A stretch of 64,000 bases of DNA from Candidatus Multivoradales bacterium (GTDB lineage: Bacteria > Acidobacteriota > Thermoanaerobaculia > Multivoradales > J023). The DNA lies in assembly GCA_965248925.1 (NCBI GenBank), contig CBDFLE010000006.1, positions 5,024,001-5,088,000 of the forward strand, written 5' to 3'. A program made the translations under genes and the position numbers. Under the pieces are notes generated by a model, which made no database searches, was not told the DNA's origin, and worked only from the letters and a program-made list of their open reading frames with translations. Positions 29,439-39,081 of the stretch are shown here, piece after piece. Position 1 is the first letter of the stretch, and every line of letters starts with the position of its first letter.

Positions 29439-32216
29439 TTAGCGGAAGAGGACTCCTAGCTGTACGGTGAGGAATTCCAGATCATCGAAATCGGTCTGGA
29501 CGTTGTGATAATCGGCTCCTATCTCAATAGCGTTGGGGCCGCTGCCGAAAGGGATCTGGGCTCCGAACCCGAGGTTGAAACCGACTTCGCTGGAGCCGCT
29601 TTCGGGCCAGTAGACGCCGGGGCCGCCCTGGACGAACCATTTCAATCCCGAGGCGGTGGGCAACAACGTCTGGATGTTGACCGATAGGTTGATCCAACGT
29701 GGGTGGTCGGCGCCGCTGGCAGTCTCGGCGGTGAGTTGGGAATAGCCGGCCATTGCCAGCAGGCGGAAGCGATCGGTGAATGGGTAACTCGCGTCGAGAC
29801 GGAAATGAATGTTCGAATCGGTGGGTCCGTCGAGCTCGCCCAAAGGGTGGGTGGAGCCGATGTGGAAACTGCCGGTGAGCAGACGGTCAGAGATCGAAAC
29901 GGGGCCAGGATCCGGATCGCTGACCCCGGTCTCGATGGCTTCGATCCGCTGAGTGGCGAGATAGGTCGTGGCAAAACCGCGTTCACCGGTGACCGTGACA
30001 TCGAATTCACAGTCGGCTCGGCGTCCCGGATCGGTGATGGTGCGGCATACCCGGCGTGCGATCCCCGGTTTCAGAGGCTTGGCGACGGGTTCTCGGGGCA
30101 GGATGCAGGGAGGATTCCGCCGCGGCCAGCTGTCGAGTGTGAAGTCGGCGGTCGAACTCCCTGGAGAGTAGTCGAACAGGCTTGTAGAGGAGTTCACCCT
30201 CCAAGAGTCGGCGAAGGTTTCGTAGAGTTCGACGTAGCGCCGCTCAGGATCGGCGGGTTTGGCTCCCAACGAACTACCATCGGCCAGTGCCGGCAGCCAG
30301 CTCCCGCGGGAAAGCGCGCCCATGATTCCTTCGCCGGCTGTGGTGTCGTAGGCGTTGAGGTTGAGGTACCACTTACTCTGCGAAGCCCACCAGCCGGGGG
30401 TGACCACCATGCGGGTTTCGTTGGGAAAGAGGATGCGCAAGCCACCAGGCGCCTGGGTCTGCTCGATGCGGCCACCGCCCGCGAGGTTTATGCCCATGGC
30501 GGGCAAGGTGCGCAGGGCACCGTCAATTCGCAGCTCGAGGCCACTGGGATCGGGCACTCCGTCGAGCCGAGGTTGGTAGGTGACGCGGTGGGAGCCCACT
30601 TGCGCCGCCACCGCCGTATTGAGGCTGACGCAGGTCGCCAGGCCGGTGTAAGCATTGGTCCCAGGGTTGAAGGACGTTGCGATGGCGGTCTGGCGGGTCT
30701 GGATCTCCAATCCATCACCGGTCAGGGCGACAAATTCGCCAGCGCTCTGAAAGTCGTAGCGCAGTCCGTCGACGGTGGTGATGTGGGGGTCGCCTTCGCA
30801 AGCGGCCGTACCGCCGCTGACGATGTCGGTGTAGGCGTCGTAGCGGCCCGTACCATTTGGATTGTCGGCGGTGCTATTGGAATTGTCGGCCCAGATCGGG
30901 TGGACCCGGCCTTGAAAATAAGCCAGCCCCGAGTAGTCGCCGTACTGAATGTCCCGTTGGCCAGCGGCTGGAGGACTAGAACCGCTGCCGGTCGCGGTGC
31001 CGTCGCTGATGGGTGTGCTAGCTTGGAAGTTAGGTGCCGAGCCCTTCGGCGTGGCGATCGTGCAGTATTCCTGCATGGTGTTGTTGCTCAGTGAACCGCG
31101 GGCGTCGTGCCAGCAGACCGCAATGTTGCCCGAGAGGGGGTTGCTGGCAATGCGGGGTAAGAATTGGCTGCGGATCGGCAGTACCGGATCGTCGTTGACC
31201 CGGATCGGAGTGCTCCAGGTGGCGCCAATGTTGTCGGAGAAGCGCACCATGATGTCGGTGTCGTTGTTCTCCGCCGCGGTTTCCTCCGTGTAGACCAGAT
31301 ACAGCCGGCCAAAATGCGGACTCATGGCAAAGCTGTCGAAGGCCAGGCCGGCTTCGGCATCGATCGATCTGACGTTCTGCGCCGGGATGAAGTCGAAGCC
31401 ACCGACATTGGTAGTGGTTGCCGCGATCGATGAGCCAAAATTGCCAGGTCCCAGCCCATCGGCATCGATATTGACCCGAATTGTTGCTGGCCCCTCGTCA
31501 CCGGTGGGATTCTGGCAGGCTTGCACGACCGCTCCACTGGGGGCGATCGCCACGTCACCGAAGCTGCAACCGAGGGTCCCTGGGATAGTTTGCACCGCGC
31601 CGAATGCTCCTACCGCCCCGAGGCCGGTAACGGCGGCACCACTGGCGCGCATGCGGTTGCTTTGATTCCACACTATCCACAGCGCCACCGGCGCTCCGGC
31701 AGCGGTGGTGTTGGCTGCCACCACCGTCGGCTGGTCGGTGCTGCCGAGGAAAGTGGTGAGAGTGGTGAAGGTGCGGCCACTGTCGGTGCTGAGCAGAATC
31801 ACCACGCCGCTGGCGCCGCTGCGAAGATAGCCGAGATAGAGGTTGCCGAAGGAGTCCCAAGTCAGGGTCGGGTCGCAGCAGGCCAAGGGACCTTGGCCTG
31901 CATCGCCGTCGGCTAGGGTTCGATCAACCGGATCCGGATAAGTCCAGGTGGCCCCCAAGTCGTCACTGCGAGCAGCAAACAGGCCCGGCCCGGCGTTGTT
32001 GCAAGCAGCAAAAAGCTGCATCTTGTTGGTCGGGTTCTTGGCGATCGCGCATTCGTTCTGGTAGTTGGCCAAACGTGACACGTTGACGTCGGCACTGCCG
32101 GTAATCTGGGCGCTGGAGGTGAAGGTCCAGGAGAATCCGGCCAACCCGGCAAGGAGGAGCACGAGGGTGAAGGTCGGCAGTTGCAAAGAAGAGGTACGCT
32201 GCGATTTGCTGATCAT
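29439..32216 (-). CDS. Secreted sialidase-like (Asp-box) propeller + VWD domain + C-terminal outer-membrane beta-barrel protein
   Basis: Signal peptide; Asp boxes SDDLGATW, STDSGRTF and SDNIGATW; CEGDPHITTVDG..YDFQSAGEF; amphipathic strands ending QLGVLFR. Confidence 0.85.
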   Translation of the reverse strand: MISKSQRTSSLQLPTFTLVLLLAGLAGFSWTFTSSAQITGSADVNVSRLANYQNECAIAKNPTNKMQLFAACNNAGPGLFAARSDDLGATWTYPDPVDRTLADGDAGQGPLACCDPTLTWDSFGNLYLGYLRSGASGVVILLSTDSGRTFTTLTTFLGSTDQPTVVAANTTAAGAPVALWIVWNQSNRMRASGAAVTGLGAVGAFGAVQTIPGTLGCSFGDVAIAPSGAVVQACQNPTGDEGPATIRVNIDADGLGPGNFGSSIAATTTNVGGFDFIPAQNVRSIDAEAGLAFDSFAMSPHFGRLYLVYTEETAAENNDTDIMVRFSDNIGATWSTPIRVNDDPVLPIRSQFLPRIASNPLSGNIAVCWHDARGSLSNNTMQEYCTIATPKGSAPNFQASTPISDGTATGSGSSPPAAGQRDIQYGDYSGLAYFQGRVHPIWADNSNSTADNPNGTGRYDAYTDIVSGGTAACEGDPHITTVDGLRYDFQSAGEFVALTGDGLEIQTRQTAIATSFNPGTNAYTGLATCVSLNTAVAAQVGSHRVTYQPRLDGVPDPSGLELRIDGALRTLPAMGINLAGGGRIEQTQAPGGLRILFPNETRMVVTPGWWASQSKWYLNLNAYDTTAGEGIMGALSRGSWLPALADGSSLGAKPADPERRYVELYETFADSWRVNSSTSLFDYSPGSSTADFTLDSWPRRNPPCILPREPVAKPLKPGIARRVCRTITDPGRRADCEFDVTVTGERGFATTYLATQRIEAIETGVSDPDPGPVSISDRLLTGSFHIGSTHPLGELDGPTDSNIHFRLDASYPFTDRFRLLAMAGYSQLTAETASGADHPRWINLSVNIQTLLPTASGLKWFVQGGPGVYWPESGSSEVGFNLGFGAQIPFGSGPNAIEIGADYHNVQTDFDDLEFLTVQLGVLFR

Positions 32217-32229
32217 TTCTATTTACCCC

Positions 32230-32700
32230 TTAGATGAGTTGCGGTGGAGCCCATAGGCCGCGTTTGGCTTCCTTGGCTTGGCGCTCGGCAGCGGCCAATT
32301 CGCCGTATTTGAAGTCCATATCTGTCTTTCGCCGGGCCAGTCCGGCACGCAGTACTTCGACCGCTACTTCCTGGATGCCGGTGAGCGGGTCGTCGGTGAA
32401 CAGCCGGCAGGTCATCTCACCGTCTTTTGTCCGGCCTTCGAAACGCATGCGAACCGGCTTGTTGAGCACCATGTTGGAGACCATTTCGGTGGCTGCTCGG
32501 GTGATCGATGCGTCTTCCGGCATCTCGAGACCGACCAAGCGGAGTTCGTACTGGCCACTGCCATAGTCGAAGACGACGAGGTCGGCACTCCTAACCTCGA
32601 TGACTTTGCCGTAGAGCGAGTCTCCGGCATGGGAGGGGGCTAGTCCGGCGATGCACATCAGCAGTGTCGCCAGACCTACGGAGGTTCTTCTTTGTAGCAT
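32230..32700 (-). CDS. Secreted thermonuclease (SNase)-like protein with degenerate active site
   Basis: GKVIEVRSADL, LRLVGLEMPE, EVLRAGLA and AERQAKEAKRGLW motifs. Confidence 0.85.
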   Translation of the reverse strand: MLQRRTSVGLATLLMCIAGLAPSHAGDSLYGKVIEVRSADLVVFDYGSGQYELRLVGLEMPEDASITRAATEMVSNMVLNKPVRMRFEGRTKDGEMTCRLFTDDPLTGIQEVAVEVLRAGLARRKTDMDFKYGELAAAERQAKEAKRGLWAPPQLI

Positions 32701-32920
32701 CTGATTTTCCTCGAAAACGTGTTTGATCCCGACGACCGAATGGCTCCGGCGGCAGAACCGTTATTGACTTGCGTGGCTTACTGCTAGATAGGACGGGCGA
32801 TGATTGGAGACTCACTCACCCCTAGCGAAGAAAAAGACCGCCCCACCGCCTCGAAACCTCCTCGCCGTGGAGCCGTAGATAAAGCAACACATCACGACGA
32901 ACCCACACCTTGGGGGTGAC

Positions 32921-34753
32921 ATGCGCCGACCAGTTCTACTTTGCCTTCTCGGATTGCTCTGGGTATCCACGGCGGCGAGCCTCGCCGAAGTCCGCGACGG
33001 CAAGATGTTCGATGCCGGGCTACGGTTGGAAGCCCCAGCGGACAACGCGCCCGAGGCCTTGGGTCAGCTGTCTGGCTGGGTTGGGGATTGGGATCTAGAG
33101 CTGGTGATCCACCGCCAGGGGCAAGAGAGCCAGCAGTCTGTCGGCATCGCCAAGGTGACTTACATGAACCGCGGTCACGGTCTGATGGAGCGCACTCGAA
33201 TCGCTGATATCGACGGCCAGGGACACTCCCAGGCGATCCTCGGCATGGTGGCGGTGAATGGCAACGGTGTTTGGACGGTCAGCGAGGGGGATAGCTGGAG
33301 GGAAGTGATCACGATTTGGAGTGGCGCCTTCGCTGGCTCCGAGCTGGTGCTGCACGACGCTGGCCGGCCAGGAGGCGGTAGCGCTCTAGTACTGAGGCGC
33401 AGGACCTATGCCCAGACCAGCGATCAGCAGCGGTCGTTGAAGATCGAAGTTTCCCGGGATTTCGGCGTCTCTTGGACTTTGGTGGGTGAGCGCACCTACC
33501 GGCGGCGGTCGCCGCGTCCGGACTTCTTTCCGGTCGGTAGCGATATTGGCCTGGCGGCTCCTGATCGCCCGGCCGGGGCTGCCGAGTTTGACTTTTTACT
33601 CGGCGAGTTCCAAGCCAGTCACTTCTTGCAGTTGCCCCAAGGACCGATCCGCCTGGCTGCCAACGCCTCCGCGGTAAGGGCGCTCGACGGTCACGGTATT
33701 CTGGAGTTCGGCTGGCATGATCTGAATCCTGCTTTGCCCAATGCCGCCACCACGATTCTGCGTATTTACAACCGATCGATGCGGCACTGGGAGAGTCTCT
33801 TTCTATCCAACCGCACCAATACGCCGTTGCATTTCGGCGGCGTGCGCGAGGGTCGGCGAATCGTCCTGCACCCGTTTGCCGCTCAGACCGGGTCGGCGAC
33901 ACTGTGGCAGTGGATCTTCTTCGACCAACGACCCGACGCTTACCGATGGAAAGGGCTGACCAGCAACGATCGTGGACGGACCCAACAGATCAGCTGGACG
34001 ATCGACTTCGTTCGCCAAGGGACCGAGCCGGCGGCCGTGGGGAGTTTCGAAGAGGTCCGTACCAGCAGCTCCGACGGTCTCAAAATCGTTGGCGATCACT
34101 ACCGAGCGGCCCTACCCGCGGCGACGACCGTGCTGCTTTTCCATCAGGCCGGCGCCAATGCTCAGGGCGAGTACGGCAGCACCGCGCGGCGCCTGGCGGA
34201 GGCAGGATTCGAGGTCTTCGCCTGGGATGCGCGCGGTGGTGGCGATCGATTCGACGCGATCAATCGCACTCTAGCGGCCAGCCCATCAGCGCGCGATCAG
34301 TCCTTCTGTGCCGCCTATCCAGACTTGCAAGCAGCCCTGCGGTATGCGGTTCTCCAGGGGTCCGGTGGGCCGATTTTCGTTGTCGGCAGCAGCTACAGCG
34401 CCGCCTTGGTGGTGCGGCTGGCCGCCGAACATGGCCCTCAGCTGGCCGGGGTCGCCGCCTTCTCGCCGGCCAGCGGCAGAATGGAAGCCTGCGCTGTCGA
34501 CACTTGGCTGCCGCTCCTTGACGACACCCCTTTGTGGGTGGCCAGGCCCGAAGTTGAAACTACCCACCCAGGGGTTATTGCTCAGGCTGAGCTGTTGGCC
34601 GAACACGGGGTCGAAGTGTTGGTGGTCGCCGACGCTAGCCACGGCGCGGCGATGCTCGACGCGGAGCGCTCCGCCGGTGATGTCGAGGAGACTTGGCAGC
34701 GGCTGCTGGCGTTCTTCGCCGATCCCAAGGCGGCTAGCGGCCCGTCGCGTTAG
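32921..34753 (+). CDS. Secreted protein with two DUF1579-like barrel domains fused to an alpha/beta hydrolase
   Basis: LSGWVGDWD and FDFLLGEF repeats; LLFHQAG, nucleophile elbow VGSSYSA and HGAAML. Confidence 0.8.
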   Translation: MRRPVLLCLLGLLWVSTAASLAEVRDGKMFDAGLRLEAPADNAPEALGQLSGWVGDWDLELVIHRQGQESQQSVGIAKVTYMNRGHGLMERTRIADIDGQGHSQAILGMVAVNGNGVWTVSEGDSWREVITIWSGAFAGSELVLHDAGRPGGGSALVLRRRTYAQTSDQQRSLKIEVSRDFGVSWTLVGERTYRRRSPRPDFFPVGSDIGLAAPDRPAGAAEFDFLLGEFQASHFLQLPQGPIRLAANASAVRALDGHGILEFGWHDLNPALPNAATTILRIYNRSMRHWESLFLSNRTNTPLHFGGVREGRRIVLHPFAAQTGSATLWQWIFFDQRPDAYRWKGLTSNDRGRTQQISWTIDFVRQGTEPAAVGSFEEVRTSSSDGLKIVGDHYRAALPAATTVLLFHQAGANAQGEYGSTARRLAEAGFEVFAWDARGGGDRFDAINRTLAASPSARDQSFCAAYPDLQAALRYAVLQGSGGPIFVVGSSYSAALVVRLAAEHGPQLAGVAAFSPASGRMEACAVDTWLPLLDDTPLWVARPEVETTHPGVIAQAELLAEHGVEVLVVADASHGAAMLDAERSAGDVEETWQRLLAFFADPKAASGPSR

Positions 34754-35024
34754 AGCTGTTTTCGACTTGAACCTCGCCGCTGCGACGCTGTGGCCCTCCC
34801 TTTGGCCGATCGCATTGTGGCGGTACCTCGATCTGTTGGTTAGTCTCGCGGCCTGACCGGGCTCGGTCGGGCTTGCCGATCTTTCGTTGGCAAGAACTTG
34901 CGTCCGATGGTCCGTTGAGGGCGCAGATTACGCGTTTAACCAATAGACGCCTGGTCCGGTAGGTCTTCGTCCACAAGACGGCGAGGGTGCGCGTCCGTTC
35001 CGGCCCCACATGTCGAGTTGATGG

Positions 35025-38000
35025 ATGATCTCTAGATCGAATTCTACCTTTGGCTGGCCGTTCCTAGGGCTGGTTCTCGCTCTTGTGCTGGCCAGCCAAA
35101 TTGTCCGAGCTGACGGTCCTGAATCCGTACCGCTGGTTTTTGCGGCCGGCAGCGCGCGGGGCAACTACAGCGCCCTGGCGAGTGCCATCGCCGCGAAGAC
35201 TGAGGGTTCGCAAAGGACAATTCGGGTAAGACAAACCACCGGTTCCTATGAGAATGCCGGCCTGCTGCGCGATGGTGAAGCTGATCTCGCGCTTTTGCAG
35301 AGCGATGTTGCCTACATGGAGCACTACAACGGTCGCCCCTTTGTAGCTCTTGCGTCGGTCTACACTGAGCCGATTCACGTGATCGCCTATCGCGGTCTCG
35401 ACCTGCACCGGCTTTCCGAAGTGATTTCACTGCTGGAAGAGCGGAGCCTGACCGTCGCCGTTGGCGCTCCCGGAAGCGGCAGCAGCGCCCACGCCTTCGC
35501 TCTCTTGGACGAACTCGGTCTGGCGCCGGAGCGGATCTCTAAGCTACCTTTGTCTCTCGGGACAGCAGCTTCGGGCCTGCGTGACCGGAGTATTGATCTG
35601 GCATTCTTGACTTCCGCTGTTCCGGCGACAGTGATCAAGGAACTCGCTGATGACCGGATCATCTCGCTGCTGGACATTGATCGAGACATAGCGCAGCTAC
35701 TGCGACGCAAGAATCCCTTCTTCGTCGTGGCTGAGATTCCCTTCGAAGCCTATGGCGTCAGCAAGCGCAACGTGCAAACCCTTGGCACTCGCACACTGCT
35801 GGTAGCCCGGCCTGATCTCGACGGCGATGCCATCTGGCAAGTGCTCGACGCACTCGACTTGGTTGCTGTTGCGGCACCCGCGGAGGGGCCGCTGTCCATG
35901 CTGCGGGACCTCTCGCCATCTACTGCCTTGCGTGGTTTGCCAATTCCAGTTCACCCTGCGGCACAGCAGTACTACACAGAGAGAACCAGTCTGGTTCGCC
36001 GCTGCTTCGATGCGCTACGACGAAATGCAGCGTTGATCTTCGTGCTCGGTACGCTGGTGCTGGCTTCGTCTCGGCTTTCCCCCCTAGCCTACTTTGTGCA
36101 TCAATTTGTCTTGGGAAGAGTTCTGTTGGCCCTGGTCATGGTCTGGCTGCTGGGTTCTGTAAGTATGCACTTGATAGAGGGTTCCAAGAACAGCGCCTTC
36201 AGATCCTTTGGCTCCTCCGCGGTTGCTATCTTGCATTATTTGTTCAGTGGCCTGGAGTCCAGCTACCCGGTCACCCCCGCCGGCCACGGGATTGCTATTC
36301 TGGTGCTCTCGCTGGGTGTCGCGGTGGCGACCCTCTTCACAGCGACCTTGGTGACCTTGTTAGTCGAGCAGGCACTCAACATCAAGACCCTGCGCCGCAA
36401 GCCAATTCCCTTTCTCAAGCTCTCCGGTCATGTCGTACTAGCTGGCTGGTCAAGCCGCACGCGACGGATTATTCAACAGCTTCGCAATCCAGAATTGCGT
36501 TTCAAACCTGCTGTGGTGGTGATAGCTCCAGAGGCTACCAAGACGACAGTGAGAAGTCGCCGGGGATTTCGCGGAGTTTGGGTGGTGGAGGGAGATCGGA
36601 CTCAGGCCAGCACCTTACTCGAGGCCGATATCACCACCGCGTCTCATGCCATCGTCCTCACCGACTCCTCTGCTGACAACGGTGAAGACTTGTCGACGAT
36701 TTGCAGCAGCATGGCGATTAGGCGTCTGGCTCCAGAGATTCACACCGTGGTCGAAGTACGCGCTTCGACTGGAGCCGAACGCTTGCTCCGCGACCGGACT
36801 CGCGAGGTTGTCGATACCGAAACTCTGGCCGAACGGCTGGTGAGCCAATGTGTAATTACCCCTGGGATCGCGCAGGTGTTTGACGAGCTATTGTCTTTTG
36901 GTGCCAACTCGCAGGAAATCTATATCTTGCCACTCGAGCGCCACTTGGACGGATCGAGCTTCGCTGAGTTGCGCGTCCGGTTGCGAACCTACGAATTGAT
37001 TCTACTCGGCTATTGGCTCAGCGGTGAGCGCAGTCCGCGTCTCAATCCAGATCGACGGGCGGCCAGCATTCCCCTGAAGTTTATTAGCGGTCAGCAAGGG
37101 GACAGCCTACTAGTCCTTGCAGACTCTCCGCGAGCTCTCAACTCAAGACTCGCGCGACTGAAGCAATGGAGGACCTCGATGAGCAAGACAACACCGTTGG
37201 CAACCCTCGAGTCGCCAGCCGCAACGGCAACGCAGGATCGCGCTGTTGAGTCAGGTGACGGCCCGACGCAGCGGGCCAGCCGGATAGGGATCTGCGGTTG
37301 GAACGACCAAGCTAGAGCGGTCATTAGTCAGCTCCAAGAATCGGTGATAGCGAGCCATCAGGAATTCGAGATCACGGTGATCGACGGGCCGACAGGGGGT
37401 GGTGGCAAGCACGAGTGCAGCAGTGGCGTGCGATTTGTATTCGGCGATCCGACTCGCAGCGCGGTGCTGGAGAATGCTGGTGTTAATGATATGGAGACGT
37501 TGGTCGTGCTGGCTGATCGCGGCGGCGCGGAGAGCGAGAGATTTTCCGATCACCGTTCTTTGGTGATCTGTCTCTCCGCCAGAGACGTCAAACCCGATCT
37601 CCACCTAGTGGTCGAGGTCTTGCAATCCGCTAACCAAGAACACTTCGAGCGACTTGCCGGTGTCGAGGTGGTTTCGGTTGAGGATCTGGCCGAGAAGCTC
37701 TTGGCTCAAGCGGTGATCAGTGTCGGTATCACCAGCGTGTTTCTGGAGCTGCTGACGGCCACCGAGGATTCCAACGAGGTTTATGTCGTCCCGGTGCCCG
37801 AGCGCTGGCGGGGGAAGACGTTCAGTCATATCGCCGTTGAGGTCGAGGAGAGTGAGCTAGCGGTTGTTGTTCTGGGCTATCGGGCGATGCCCGCTGAGGG
37901 GCGGCCGGTGATAGTGCTCAATCCCCGACACCGTAAGACCGAACGCGGTGGGGTGGTTGACTGGCGGCAGCAGCCGTTGGTCAGCGAAGACGCGCTGGTG

Positions 38001-38030
38001 GTGATGGCTTTCGAGGAGCCAGACTGGTAG
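35025..38030 (+). CDS. Fusion of TAXI-family solute-binding domain, ion-channel pore and two RCK (TrkA-like) domains
   Basis: TAXI motifs GNYSALA, TTGSYEN, LALLQSD, GAPGSG and IPVHPAA. TM-pore-TM segment (FSGLESSYPVTPAG). RCK starts GHVVLAGWS and RIGICGWN. Confidence 0.88.
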   Translation: MISRSNSTFGWPFLGLVLALVLASQIVRADGPESVPLVFAAGSARGNYSALASAIAAKTEGSQRTIRVRQTTGSYENAGLLRDGEADLALLQSDVAYMEHYNGRPFVALASVYTEPIHVIAYRGLDLHRLSEVISLLEERSLTVAVGAPGSGSSAHAFALLDELGLAPERISKLPLSLGTAASGLRDRSIDLAFLTSAVPATVIKELADDRIISLLDIDRDIAQLLRRKNPFFVVAEIPFEAYGVSKRNVQTLGTRTLLVARPDLDGDAIWQVLDALDLVAVAAPAEGPLSMLRDLSPSTALRGLPIPVHPAAQQYYTERTSLVRRCFDALRRNAALIFVLGTLVLASSRLSPLAYFVHQFVLGRVLLALVMVWLLGSVSMHLIEGSKNSAFRSFGSSAVAILHYLFSGLESSYPVTPAGHGIAILVLSLGVAVATLFTATLVTLLVEQALNIKTLRRKPIPFLKLSGHVVLAGWSSRTRRIIQQLRNPELRFKPAVVVIAPEATKTTVRSRRGFRGVWVVEGDRTQASTLLEADITTASHAIVLTDSSADNGEDLSTICSSMAIRRLAPEIHTVVEVRASTGAERLLRDRTREVVDTETLAERLVSQCVITPGIAQVFDELLSFGANSQEIYILPLERHLDGSSFAELRVRLRTYELILLGYWLSGERSPRLNPDRRAASIPLKFISGQQGDSLLVLADSPRALNSRLARLKQWRTSMSKTTPLATLESPAATATQDRAVESGDGPTQRASRIGICGWNDQARAVISQLQESVIASHQEFEITVIDGPTGGGGKHECSSGVRFVFGDPTRSAVLENAGVNDMETLVVLADRGGAESERFSDHRSLVICLSARDVKPDLHLVVEVLQSANQEHFERLAGVEVVSVEDLAEKLLAQAVISVGITSVFLELLTATEDSNEVYVVPVPERWRGKTFSHIAVEVEESELAVVVLGYRAMPAEGRPVIVLNPRHRKTERGGVVDWRQQPLVSEDALVVMAFEEPDW

Positions 38031-38080
38031 CTCTCGTATCTCGCTGTAGTAGGATGGCTACTGACTAGGGGAGATTCTAG

Positions 38081-39046
38081 ATGATCCAGTTTTTGCAGAC
38101 CTACCGTCGGGTGGTAGCGGCGCTGAGCATTCCTGTGCTCTTGGCTCTTACTTCTTGTGCCACGGTCGACCCGCAGCCGTTTTCCAACTTTCAGCGCGCC
38201 GCGCAAACCCTGCGCGACTCTTCGGCCAGCGCGCTGAAGGCGGTGGAAAAAGAGGCCAAGACCGAGGATCTAGTGCGGGTGGCGGAAAATCCTCTGCAAT
38301 TCTCCGGGCTGCGGTTGCAGTTTCTCGAGCCGGCTTTCAACTGGACTTACCCGCAGGGGGAGAAGGCGCTGTTGTTCACCAGTCTGGCGTCGCGCAACCA
38401 GGTGGCGACCAAGCTCAATGCGGCCTTTGCCGACTATGCCGGCCTGTTGGTCAATCTGACCAGCGCTGGTCAGATGACTCAAGCGCAGCTCGATCAGCAG
38501 GTGGCCGATATCAACGCCAATGCGCAGACCGTGCTCGATGCTCTGGGTGCCAAAGTGCCGGCCGGATCGATCGAGCTGTTTTCGCATGCCGGCGTGGATC
38601 TGGCCGCGGGATTGGTAGATCGGGCTCGGCGGCGGGCCTTGGAGAAAATGTTGGCCGCCAATCAAGGGGCGGTGGATAAATTCGCCGCCCTCGGCGCCCA
38701 GCTGATGGTGGACAACAGCAACGATATCAACACTCAATACGACGATGACTTTGTCGAGCTACAGCGCGGTTTCGTACCGGCGTCGGTCGACGGCCGGGGG
38801 CCGGTTCTTGATCAGGTGCTGAGCCTCAACCAAGCGACCGGCTCGGCGATGGATCTCAGTGCGCAGCTCTACGCTTCTTACCGCCAGCTACCCGCCGCTC
38901 ACCGCCAACTGCTCGATAGCTTGAATAACCAGCGGCCGAGTTTGACCGACATCGACGATTTTCTCGGCCGTGCCACGCAGTTGGCCAAGCTGGCTGAGCA
39001 GGTGGTAGCAGAAAAGAAGAAGCCGGCGAATTCGCCGGCCAACTAG
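38081..39046 (+). CDS. All-helical hypothetical lipoprotein (321 aa)
   Basis: Lipobox LTS-C, amphipathic helices and a GGGGAG RBS. Confidence 0.82.
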   Translation: MIQFLQTYRRVVAALSIPVLLALTSCATVDPQPFSNFQRAAQTLRDSSASALKAVEKEAKTEDLVRVAENPLQFSGLRLQFLEPAFNWTYPQGEKALLFTSLASRNQVATKLNAAFADYAGLLVNLTSAGQMTQAQLDQQVADINANAQTVLDALGAKVPAGSIELFSHAGVDLAAGLVDRARRRALEKMLAANQGAVDKFAALGAQLMVDNSNDINTQYDDDFVELQRGFVPASVDGRGPVLDQVLSLNQATGSAMDLSAQLYASYRQLPAAHRQLLDSLNNQRPSLTDIDDFLGRATQLAKLAEQVVAEKKKPANSPAN

Positions 39047-39081
39047 CGGCTTACCCAGACCCAACCCGCAAAGGAACACTC

